Assembly: GCA_964016885.1 (NCBI GenBank)
Contig: OZ024743.1
Span: 321,656,001-321,720,000 of the forward strand
DNA: 64,000 bases
Reading direction: 5' to 3'
From: Eledone cirrhosa
Lineage: Eukaryota
Below the pieces are notes generated by a model. It did no database searches, had not been told where the DNA came from, and worked only from the letters and a program-made list of their open reading frames with translations. Position 1 is the stretch's first letter, and each line of letters opens with the position of its first letter. Shown in pieces: positions 40,530 through 53,479 of this stretch. A program made the translations under genes and the position numbers.

Positions 40530-43180
40530 TTGAAGTGGAGCCACATATCAACACTGTGTTGAAGTGGAGCCACACAACAATATTGTGCTGAAGTTGAGCC
40601 ACATAGCAATATTTTGGTGAAGTGGAGGCACACAGCAACATTGTGTTGAAGTGGAGCCACATAGCAACACTGTGTTGAAGTGGAGCCCCATAGCAACATT
40701 GTGCTGAAGTAGATCCACACAGCAACATTGTGCTGAATTAGAGCCACACTGCTACATTGTGCTGAAGTAGAGCCACACTGCAACATTGTGCTGAAGTAGA
40801 GCCACACAGCAACATAGTGCTGAAGTGGAGCCACACAGCAACATTGTGTTGAAGTGGAGCCACACAGCAACATTGTGTTGAAGTGGAGCCACACAGCAAC
40901 ATTGAGTTTAAGTGGAGCCACACCGCAACATTGTGCTGAAGTGGAACCACACAGCAACATTGTGCTACAGTGGAGCCACACAGCAACATTGTGTTGAAGT
41001 GGTGCCACACAGCAACATTGTGTTGAAGTGGTGCCACACAGCAACGTTGTGTTGAAGTGGTGCCACACAGCAACATTGTGTTGAAGTGGTGCCACACAGC
41101 AACATTGTGTTGAAGTGGTGCCACACAGCAACATTGTGTTGAAGTGGACCCACATAGCAACACTGTGTTGAAGTGGACCCACACAGAAACATTGTGTTGA
41201 AGTGGAGCCACACAGCAACATTGTGTTGAAGTAGCGCCACACAACAATATTGTGCTGAAGTGGAGCCACATAGCAATAATGTGCTGAGTGGAGCCACACA
41301 GCGATATTATGCTGAAGTGGAGCCACGCAGCAACATTGTGCTGAAGTAGATCCACACAGCAACATTGTGCTGAAGTGGAGCCACACAGCAACATTGTGCT
41401 GAAGTAGAGCCACACAGCAACATTGTGCTGAAGTGGAGCCACACGGCAACATAGTTCTGAAATGGAGCCACGCAGCAACATTGTGCTGAAGTAGAGCCAC
41501 ACAGCAACATTGTGCTGAAGTAGAGCCACACAGCAACATTGTGTTGAAGTGGAGCCACACAGTAACATTGTGCTGAAGTGGAGTCACACAGCAACACTGT
41601 GTTGAAGTGGTGCCACACAGCAACATTGTGTTGAAGTGGAGCCACACAGCAACATTGTGTTGAAGTGGAGCCACACAGCAACAATGTGTTGAAGTGGAGC
41701 CACACAGCAATATTGTGATGAAGTGGAGCCACACAGCAACATTGTGTTGAAGTGGAGCCACACAGCAACATTGAGTTGAAGTGGATCCACACAGCAATAT
41801 TGTGCTGAGGTGGATCCACACAGCAACATTGTGCTGAGGTAGAGCCACAGAGCAACATTGTGCTGAGGTAGAGCCACACAGCAACATTGTGCTGAAGTGG
41901 AGTCACACAACAACATTGTGCTGAAGTGGAGCCACACAACAACATGGTTTTGAAGTGGACCCACACAGCAACATTGTGCTGAAGTGGAGTCAAATAGCAA
42001 CATTGTGTTGAAGTGAGGCCACACAGCAACACTGTGCTGAACTGGATCCACATAGCAACATTGTATTGAAGTGGAGTCACACAGCAACATTGTATTGAAG
42101 TGGAGTCACACAGCAACATTGTGCTGAAGTAGAGCCACACAGAAACATTGTGCTGAAGTGGAGCCACACAGCAACATTGTGTTGAAGTAGAGCCACATAC
42201 CAACATTGTGCTGAAGTGGAGCCACACAGCAACATTGTGCTGAAGTGGAGCGACACAGCAACATTGTGCTGAAGTGGAGCGACACAGCAACATTGTGCTG
42301 AAGTGGAGCCACACAGCCACATCGTGCTGAAGTGGAGCGACACAGCAACATTGTGCTGAAGTGGAGACACACAGCAACATTGTGTTGAAGTGGAGCCACA
42401 CAGCAACATGGTGTTGAAGTGGTGCCACCCAGCAACTTTGTGCTGAAGTGGAGTCAAATAGCAACATTGTGTTGAAGTGGAGACACACAGCGACATTGTG
42501 TTGAAGTGGAGCCACACAGCAAAATTGTATTGAAGAGGAGTCACACAGCAACATTGTGCTGAAGTGAGGTCACACAGCAACATCGTGCTGAAGTGGAGCC
42601 ACACAGCAACATTGTGTTGAAGTGGAGCCACACATCCACATTGTGTTGAAGTGGAGCCACATAGCAACATTGTGTTGAAGTAGAGCCACACAGCAACATT
42701 GTGCTGAAGTGGAGCCACGCAGCGACATTGTGCTGAAGTGGAGCCACACAGCAACATTGTGCTGAAGTGGAACCACACAGCAACATTGTGCTGAAGTGAG
42801 GCCACACAGTAACATTTTGCTGAAGTGGAGTCACATAGCAACATTGTGTTGAAGTGGAGCCACATAGCAACATTGTGTTGAAGTGGAGCCACACAGCAAC
42901 ATTGTGTTGAAGTGGAGCCACACAGCAACATTGTGTTGAAGTGGAGTCACACAGCAACATTGTGTTGAAGTGGAGCCACACAGCAACATTGAGTTTAAGT
43001 GGATCCACACCGCAACATTGTGCTGAAGTGGACCCACACAGCAATATTGTGCTGAAGTAGAGCTACACAGCAACATTGTGTTGAAGTGGAGTCACACAGC
43101 AATATTGTGTTAAAGGGGAGCCACACAGCAACATTGTGCTGAAGGAGAGCCTCACAGCAACATTGTGTTGAAGTTGAGCC
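40530..43180. repeat. Diverged satellite sub-domain, copy 2, with an extra ~750-bp segment (~41650-42390)
   Basis: ORF ends 24636/40738 (offset 16102) and 25656/42541, 25946/42831 (offset 16885). Same diagnostic variants as 24430-26290. Confidence 0.85.
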
Positions 43181-44789
43181 ACACAACAACATTGTGTTGA
43201 AGTGGAGCCACACAGCAACATTGTGTTGAAGTGGTGCCACACAGCAACATTGTGTTGAATTGGTCCCACACAGCAACATTGTGTTGAAGTGGAGCCACAC
43301 AGCAACATTGTGTTGAAGTGGAGCCACGCAGCAACATTGTGTTGAAGTGGAGCCACAAAGCAACATTGTGTTGAAGTGGAGCCACACAGCAACATTGTGT
43401 TGATGAGGAGCCACACAACAACATTGTGTTGAAGTGGTGCCACAAAGCAACATTGTGTTGAAGTGGAGCCACACATCAACATTGTGTTGAAGTGGAGCCA
43501 CACAGCAACATTGTGTTGAAGTGGAGCCACATAGCAACAATTTGTTGAAGTGGAGACACGCAGCAACATTGTGTTGAAGTGGAGTCACACAGCAACATTG
43601 TGTTGAAGTGGTGCCACACAGCAATATTGTGTTGAAGTGGACCCACACAGCAACATTGTGTTGAAGTGGAGCCACACATCAACATTGTGTTGAAGTGGAG
43701 CCACACAGCAACGTTGTGTTGAAGTGGAGCCACACAGCAACATTGTGTTGAAGTGGAGCCACACAGCAACATTGTGTTGAAGTGGAGCCACACAGCAACA
43801 TTGTGTTGAAGTGGAGCCACACAGCAACATTGTGTTGAAGTGGAGCCACACAGCAATATTGTGTTGAAGTGGAGCCACACAGCAATATTGTGTTGAAGTG
43901 GACCCACACAGCAACATTGTGTTGAAGTGGAGCCACACAGCAATATTGTGTTGAAGTGGACCCACACAGCAACATTGTGTTGAAGTGGAGCCACACAGCA
44001 ATATTGTGTTGAAGTGGAGCTAGACATCAACATTGTGTTGAAGTGGCGCCACACAGCAACATTGTGTTGAAGTGGAGCCAAACAGCAACATTGTGTTGAA
44101 GTGGAGCCACACAGCAACATCGTGTTGAAGTGGAGCCACACAGCAACATTGTGGTGAAGGGGGGCCACACAGCAACATTGTTTGGAGTGGATCCACACAG
44201 CAACATTGTGTTGAAGTGGAGCGACACAGCAACATTGTGCTGAAGGGGAGCCACACAGCAACATTGTGTTGAAGTGGAGTCATACAGCGACATTGTGTTG
44301 AAGTGGAGCCACATAGCAACATTGTGTTGAAGTGGAGGCCACACAGCAACATTGTGCTGAAGTGGAGCTACACAGCAACATTGTGCTGAAGTGGAGTCAC
44401 ACAGCAACATTGTGTTGAAGTGGAGTCACACAGCAATATTGTGTTGACGTGGACCCACACAGCAACATTGTGTTGAAGTGGAGCTACACAGCAACATTGT
44501 GCTGGAGTGGAGCTACACAGCAACATTGTGCTGAAGTGGAGTCACACAGCAACATTGTGTTGAAGTGGAGCTACACAGCAACATTGTGCTGATGTGGAGC
44601 CACACAGCAACATTGTGTTGAAATGGTGCCACACAGCAACATTGTGTTGAAGTGGAACCACACAGCAACATTGTGTTGAAGTTGAACCACACAGCAACAT
44701 TGTGTTGAAGGGGAGCCACACAGCAACATTGTGTTGAAGTGGGGCCACACAGTAACATTGTGTTGAAGTGGAGGCACACAGCAACATTG

Positions 44790-46930
44790 TGCTGAAGTGG
44801 AGCCACACAGCAACATTGAGTTTAAGTGGATCCACACCGCAACATTGTGCTGAAGTGGACCCACACAGCAATATTGTGCTGAAGTAGAGCTACACAGCAA
44901 CATTGTGTTGAAGTGGAGTCACACAGCAATATTGTGTTAAAGGGGAGCCACACAGCAACATTGTGCTGAAGTAGAGCCTCACAGCAACATTGTGTTGAAG
45001 TTGAGCCACACAACAACATTGTGTTGAAGTGGAGCCACACAGCAACATTGTGTTGAAGTGGTGCCACACAGCAACATTGTGTTGAATTGGTCCCACACAG
45101 CAACATTGTGTTGAAGTGGAGCCACACAGCAACATTGTGTTGAAGTGGGGCCACGCAGCAACATTGTGTTGAAGTGGAGCCACAAAGCAACATTGTGTTG
45201 AAGTGGAGCCACACAGCAACATTGTGTTGATGAGGAGCCACACAACAACATTGTGTTGAAGTGGTGCCACAAAGCAACATTGTGTTGAAGTGGAGCCACA
45301 CATCAACATTGTGTTGAAGTGGAGCCACACAGCAACATTGTGTTGAAGTGGAGCCACACAGCAACATCGTGTTGAAGTGGAGCCACACAGCAACATTGTG
45401 TTGAAGTGGAGCAACACAGCAACATTGTGTTGAAGTGGAGCCACAAAGCAACATTGTGTTGAAGTGGAGCCACACAGCAACATTTTGTTGAAGTGGAGCC
45501 ACATAGCAACATTGTGTTGAAGTGGGGCCACACAGCAACATTGTGTTGAAGTGGAGCCACACAGCAACATTGTGTTGAAGTGGAGCCACAAAGCAACATT
45601 GTGTTGAAGTTGAGCCACACAGCAATATTGTGTTGAAGGGGACCCACACAGCAACATTGTGTTGAAGTGGAGCCACACAGCAACATTGTGTTGAAGTGGA
45701 GCCACACAGCAACATTGTGTTGAAGTGGACCCACACAGCAACATCGTGTTGAAGTGGAGACACACAGCAACATTGTGTTGAAGGGGAGCCACACAGCAAC
45801 ATTGTGTTGAAGTGGAGCCACACAGCAACATTGTGTTGAAGTGGAGCGTCACAGCAACATTGTGTTGAAGTGGAGGCCACACAGCAACATTGTGCTGAAG
45901 TGGAGCTACACAGCAACATTGTGCTGAAGTGGAGTCACACCGCAACATTGTGTTGAAGTGGAATCCCACAGCAATATTGTGTTGACGTGGAGCCACACAG
46001 CAACATTGTGTTGAAGTGGAGCTACACAGCAACATTGTGCTGGAGTGGAGCTACACAGCAACATTGTGCTGAAGTGGAGTCACACAGCAACATTGTGTTG
46101 AAGTGGAGCTACACAGCAACATTGTGCTGAAGTGGAGCCACATAGCAACATTGTGTTGAAGTGGTGCCACACAGCAACATTGTGTTGAAGTGGAACCACA
46201 CAGCAACATTGTGCTGAAGTGGAGCCACACAGCAACATTGTGTTGAAGTGGAGCCACACAGCAACATTGTGTTCAAGTGGAGCCACATAGCAACATTGTG
46301 TTGAAGTGGAGCCACACATCAACATTGTGTTGAAGTGGAGCCACACAGCCACTTTGTGTTGAAGTGGAGCCACATAGCAACATTGTGTTGAAGTGGAGAC
46401 ACGCAGCAACATTGTGTTGAAGTGGAATCACACAGCAACATTGTGTTGAAGTGGAGCCACACAGCAATATTGTGTTGAAGTGGACCCACACAGCAACATT
46501 GTGTTGAAGTGGAGCCACACATCAACATTGTGTTGAAGTGGAGCCACACAGCAACGTTTTGTTGAAGTGGAGGCACACAGCAACATTGTGTTGAAGTGGA
46601 GCCACACAGCAACATTGTGTTGAAGTGGAGCCACACAGCAACATTGTGTTGAAGTGGAGCCACACAGCAATATTGTGTTGAAGTGGACCCACATAGCAAC
46701 ATTGTGTTGAAGTGGAGCCAGACATCAACATTGTGTTGAAGTGGAGCCACACAGCAACATTGTGTTGAAGTGAAGCCAAACAGCAACATTGTGTTGAAGT
46801 GGAGCCACACAGCAACATCGTGTTGAAGTGGAGCCACACAGCAACATTGTGGTGAAGGGGAGCCACACAGCAACACTGTTTGGAGTGGATCCACACAGCA
46901 ACATTGTGTTGAAGTGGAGCGACACAGCAA
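44790..46930. repeat. Dispersed copy of ~26080-28250 (offset about 18712)
   Basis: ORF pairs 26110/44822, 26267/44979, 27339/46051 and 27561/46273, with scattered substitutions. Confidence 0.85.
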
Positions 46931-49536
46931 CATTGTGCTGAAGGGGAGCCACACAGCAACATTGTGTTGAAGTGGTGTCATACAGCGACATTGTGTTGAA
47001 GTGGAGCCACATAGCAACATTGTGTTGAAGTGGAGGCCACACAGCAACATTGTGCTGGAGTGGAGCTACACAGCAACATTGTGCTGAAGTGGAGTCACAC
47101 AGCAACATTGTGTTGAAGTGGAGCTACACAGCAACATTGTGCTGATGTGGAGCCACACAGCAACATTGTGTTGAAATGGTGCCACACAGCAACATTGTGT
47201 TGAAGTGGAACCACACAGCAACATTGTGTTGAAGTGGAACCACACAGCAACATTGTGTTGAAGGGGAGCCACACAGCAACATTGTGTTGAAGTGGGGCCA
47301 CACAGCAACATTGTGTTGAAGTGGAGGCACACAGCAACATTGTGCTGAAGTGGAGCCACATAGCAACATTGTCCTGAAGTCGAGCCACACAGCAACATTG
47401 TGTTGAAGTGGAACCACACAGCTATATTGTGTTGAAGTGGAGCCACACAGCAACATTGTGTTGAAGTGGACCTACACATCAACATTGTGTTGAAGTGGAG
47501 CCAAACAGCGCAACATTGTGTTGAAGTAGAGCCACATAGCAGCATTGTCCTGAAGTGGAACCACACAGCAACATTAGTGCTGAAGTGGAGCCACATAGCA
47601 ACATTGTCCTGAAGTGGAGCCACATAGCAACATTGTCCTGAAGTGGAGCTACACAGCAACATTGTGCTGAAGTGGAGCTACGCAGCAACATTGTGTTGAA
47701 GTGGAGCCACTCAGCAACATTGTGTTCAAGTGGAGCCACATAGCAACATTGTGTTGAAGTGGAGACACACAGCAACATTGTGTTGAAGTGGAGCCACACA
47801 GCAACATTGTGTTGAAGTGGTGCCACATAGCAACATTGTGTTGAAGTGGAGTCTCACAGCAACATTGTGTTGAAGTGGAGCCACACAGAAAAATTGTGTT
47901 GAAGTGGACCCACACAGCAATATTGTGTTGAAGTGGAGCCACACATCAACATTGTGTTGAAGTGGAGTCACACAGCAACATTGTGTTGAAGTGGAGCCAC
48001 ACAGCAATATTGTGTTGAAGTGGACCCACACAGCAACATTGTGTTGAAGTGGAGCCACACATCAACATTGTGTTGAAGTGGAGCCACACAGCAACGTTGT
48101 GTTGAAGTGGAGCCACACAGCAACATCGTGTTGAAGTGGAGCCACACAGCAACATTGTGTTGAAGTGGAGCCACACAGCAACATTGTGTTGAAATGGAGC
48201 CACACAGCAACATTGTGTTGAAGTGGAGCCACACAGCAATATTGTGTTGAAGTGGACCCACATAGCAACATTGTGTTGAAGTGGAGCCAGACATCAACAT
48301 TGTGTTGAAGTGGAGCCACACAGCAACATTGTGTTGAAGTGGAGCCAAACAGCAACATTGTGTTGAAGTGGAGCCACACAGCAACATCGTGTTGAAGTGG
48401 AGCCACACAGCAACATTGTGGTGAAGGGGAGCCACACAGCAACATTGTTTGGAGTGGATCCACACAGCAACATTGTGTTGAAGTGGAGCGACACAGCAAC
48501 ATTGTGCTGAAGGGGAGCCACACAGCAACATTGTGTTGAAGTGGAGTCATACAGCGACATTGTGTTGAAGTGGGGCCACATAGCAACATTGTGTTGAAGT
48601 GGAGGCCACACAGCAACATTGTGCTGGAGTGGAGCTACACAGCAACATTGTGCTGAAGTGGAGTCACACAGCAACATTGTGTTGAAGTGGAGCTACACAG
48701 CAACATTGTGCTGATGTGGAGCCACACAGCAACATTGTGTTGAAATGGTGCCACACAGCAACATTGTGTTGAAGTGGAACCACACAGCAACATTGTGTTG
48801 AAGTGGAACCACACAGCAACCTTGTGTTGAAGGGGAGCCACACAGCAACATTGTGTTGAAGTGGGGCCACACAGCAACATTGTGTTGAAGTGGAGGCACA
48901 CAGCAACATTGTGCTGAAGTGGAGCCACATAGCAACATTGTCCTGAAGTCGAGCCACACAGCAACATTGTGTTGAAGTGGAACCACACAGCTATATTGTG
49001 TTGAAGTGGAGCCACACAGCAACATTGTGTTGAAGTGGACCTACACATCAACATTGTGTTGAAGTGGAGCCAAACAGCGCAACATTGTGTTGAAGTAGAG
49101 CCACATAGCAGCATTGTCCTGAAGTGGAACCACACAGCAACATTAGTGCTGAAGTGGAGCCACATAGCAACATTGTCCTGAAGTGGAGCCACATAGCAAC
49201 ATTGTCCTGAAGTGGAGCTACACAGCAACATTGTGCTGAAGTGGAGCTACGCAGCAACATTGTGTTGAAGTGGAGCCACACAGCAACATTGTGTTCAAGT
49301 GGAGCCACATAGCAACATTGTGTTGAAGTGGAGACACACAGCAACATTGTGTTGAAGTGGAGCCACACAGCAACATTGTGTTGAAGTGGTGCCACATAGC
49401 AACATTGTGTTGAAGTGGAGTCTCACAGCAACATTGTGTTGAAGTGGAGCCACACAGAAAAATTGTGTTGAAGTGGACCCACACAGCAATATTGTGTTGA
49501 AGTGGAGCCACACATCAACATTGTGTTGAAGTGGAG
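46425..49536. repeat. Tandem duplication, unit about 1569 bp; third copy at ~51590-53160
   Basis: ORF triplets 46725/48294/51928, 47066/48635/52269 and 47479/49048/52682. Shared variants gctgatgtgg, ggaggcac, gctatattg and ctacgcag. Confidence 0.9.
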
Positions 49537-52500
49537 CCACACAGCAACATTGTGTTGAAGTGGAGCCACACAGCAACATTGTGTTGAAGTTGAGCCACAC
49601 AGCAATATTGTGTTGAAGGGGACCCACACAGCAACATTGTGTTGAAGTGGAGCCACACAGCAACATTGTGTTGAAGTGGAGCCACACAGCAACATTGTGT
49701 TGAAGTGGACCCACACAGCAACATCGTGTTGAAGTGGAGACACACAGCAACATTGGGTTGAAGGGGAGCCACACAGCAACATTGTGTTGAAGTGGAGCCA
49801 CACAGCAACATTGAGTTGAAGTGGAGCGTCACAGCAACATTGTGTTGAAGTGGAGGCCACACAGCAACATTGTGCTGAAGTGGAGCTACACAGCAACATT
49901 GTGCTGAAGTGGAGTCACACCGCAACATTGTGTTGAAGTGGAGTCACACAGCAACATTGTGCTGGAGTGGAGCTACACAGCAACATTGTGCTGGAGTGGA
50001 GCTACACAGCAACATTGTGCTGAAGTGGAGTCACACAGCAACATTGTGTTGAAGTGGAGCTACACAGCAACATTGTGCTGAAGTGGATCCACACAGCAAC
50101 ATTGTGTTGAATTGGTGCCACACAGCAACATAGTGTTGAAGTGGAACCACACAGCAACATTGTGCTGAAGTGGAGCCACACAGCAACATTGTGTTGAAGT
50201 GGAGCCACACAGCAACATTGTGTTCAAGTGGAGCCACATAGCAACATTGTGTTGAAGTGGAGCCACACATCAACATTGTGTTGAAGTGGAGCCACACAGC
50301 AACATTGTGTTGAAGTGGAGCCACACAGCAACATTGTGTTGAAGTGGAGCCACATAGCAACATTTTGTTGAAGTGGAGACACACAGCAACATTGTGTTGA
50401 AGTGGAGTCACACAGCAACATTGTGTTGAAGTGGAGTCACACAGCGACATTGTGTTGAAGTGGAGCCACATAGCAACATTGTGTTGAAGTGGAGGCCACA
50501 CAGCAACATTGTGCTGAAGTGGAGCTACACAGCAACATTGTGCTGAAGTGGAGTCACACAGCAACATTGTGTTGAAGTGGAGTCACACAGCAATATTGTG
50601 TTGACGTGGAGCCACACAGCAACATTGTGTTGAAGTGGACCTACACAGCAACATTGTGTTGACGTGGAGCCAAAAAGCGCAACATTGTGTTGAAGTAGAG
50701 CCAGATAGCAGCATTGTCCTGAAGTGGATCCACACAGCAACATTAGTGCTGAAGTGGAGCCACATAGCAACATTGTCCTGAAGTGGAGCCACATAGCAAC
50801 ATTGTCCTGAAGTGGTGCTACACAGCAACATTGTGCTGAAGTGGCGCCACACAGCAACATTGTGTTGAAGTGGAGCCACACAGCAACATTGTGCTGAAGT
50901 GGAGCTACACAGCAACATTGTGTTGAAGTGGAGCCACACAGCAACATTGTGTTCAAGTGGAGCCACATAGCAACATTGTGTTGAAGTGGAGACACACAGC
51001 AACATTGTGTTGAAGTGGAGCCACACAGCAACATTGTGTTGAAGTGGTGCCACATAGCAACATTGTGTTGAAGTGGAAACACACAGCAACATTGTGTTGA
51101 AGTGGAGTCTCACAGCAACATTGTGTTGAAGTGGAGCCACACAGAAAAATTGTGTTGAAGTGGACCCACACAGCAATATTGTGTTGAAGTGGAGCGTCAC
51201 AGCAATACTGTATTGAAGTGGAGGCCGCACAGCAACATTGTGCTGAAGTGGAGCTACACAGCAACATTGTGCTGAAGTGGAGTCACACCGCAACATTGTG
51301 TTGAAGTGGAGTCACACAGCAATATTGTGTTGACGTGGAGCCACACAGCAACATTGTGTTGAAGTGGAGCTACACAGCAACATTGTGCTGGAGTGGAGCT
51401 ACACAGCAACATTGTGCTGAAGTGGAGTCACACAGCAACATTGTGTTGAAGTGGAGCTACACAGCAACATTGTGTTGAAGTGGACCCACACATCAACATT
51501 GTGTTGAAGTGGAGCCACACAGCAACATTGTTTTGAAGTGGAGCCACATAGCAACATTGTGTTGAAGTGGAGACACGCAGCAACATTGTGTTGAAGTGGA
51601 GTCACACAGCAACATTGTGTTGAAGTGGAGCCACACAGCAATATTGTGTTGAAGTGGACCCACACAGCAACATTGTGTTGAAGTGGAGCCACACATCAAC
51701 ATTGTGTTGAAGTGGAGCCACACAGCAACGTTGTGTTGAAGTGGAGCCACACAGCAACATTGTGTTGAAGTGGAGCCACACAGCAACATTGTGTTGAAGT
51801 GGAGCCACACAGCAACATTGTGTTGAAGTGGAGCCACACAGCAACATTGTGTTGAAGTGGAGCCACACAGCAATATTGTGTTGAAGTGGACCCACATAGC
51901 AACATTGTGTTGAAGTGGAGCCAGACATCAACATTGTGTTGAAGTGGAGCCACACAGCAACATTGTGTTGAAGTGGAGCCAAACAGCAACATTGTGTTGA
52001 AGTGGAGCCACACAGCAACATCGTGTTGAAGTGGAGCCACACAGCAACATTGTGGTGAAGGGGAGCCACACAGCAACATTGTTTGGAGTGGATCCACACA
52101 GCAACATTGTGTTGAAGTGGAGCGACACAGCAACATTGTGCTGAAGGGGAGCCACACAGCAACATTGTGTTGAAGTGGAGTCATACAGCGACATTGTGTT
52201 GAAGTGGAGCCACATAGCAACATTGTGTTGAAGTGGAGGCCACACAGCAACATTGTGCTGGAGTGGAGCTACACAGCAACATTGTGCTGAAGTGGAGTCA
52301 CACAGCAACATTGTGTTGAAGTGGAGCTACACAGCAACATTGTGCTGATGTGGAGCCACACAACAACATTGTGTTGAAATGGTGCCACACAGCAACATTG
52401 TGTTGAAGTGGAACCACACAGCAACATTGTGTTGAAGTGGAACCACACAGCAACATTGTGTTGAAGGGGAGCCACACAGCAACATTGTGTTGAAGTGGGG

Positions 52501-53479
52501 CCACACAGCAACATTGTGTTGAAGTGGAGGCACACAGCAACATTGTGCTGAAGTGGAGCCACATAGCAACATTGTCCTGAAGTCGAGCCACACAGCAACA
52601 TTGTGTTGAAGTGGAACCACACAGCTATATTGTGTTGAAGTGGAGCCACACAGCAACATTGTGTTGAAGTGGACCTACACATCAACATTGTGTTGAAGTG
52701 GAGCCAAACAGCGCAACATTGTGTTGAAGTAGAGCCACATAGCAGCATTGTCCTGAAGTGGAACCACACAGCAACATTAGTGCTGAAGTGGAGCCACATA
52801 GCAACATTGTCCTGAAGTGGAGCCACATAGCAACATTGTCCTGAAGTGGAGCTACACAGCAACATTGTGCTGAAGTGGAGCTACGCAGCAACATTGTGTT
52901 GAAGTGGAGCCACACAGCAACATTGTGTTCAAGTGGAGCCACATAGCAACATTGTGTTGAAGTGGAGACACACAGCAACATTGTGTTGAAGTGGAGCCAC
53001 ACAGCAACATTGTGTTGAAGTGGTGCCACATAGCAACATTGTGTTGAAGTGGAGTCTCACAGCAACATTGTGTTGAAGTGGAGCCACACAGAAAAATTGT
53101 GTTGAAGTGGACCCACACAGCAATATTGTGTTGAAGTGGAGCCACACATCAACATTGTGTTGAAGTGGAACCACACAGCAACATTAGTGCTGAAGTGGAG
53201 CCACATAGCAACATTGTCCTGAAGTGGAGCCACATAGCAACATTGTCCTGAAGTGGAGCTACACAGCAACATTGTGCTGAAGTGGAGCTACGCAGCAACA
53301 TTGTGTTGAAGTGGAGCCACACAGCAACATTGTGTTCAAGTGGAGCCACATAGCAACATTGTGTTGAAGTGGAGACACACAGCAACATTGTGTTGAAGTG
53401 GAGCCACACAGCAACATTGTGTTGAAGTGGTGCCACATAGCAACATTGTGTTGAAGTGGAGTCTCACAGCAACATTGTG

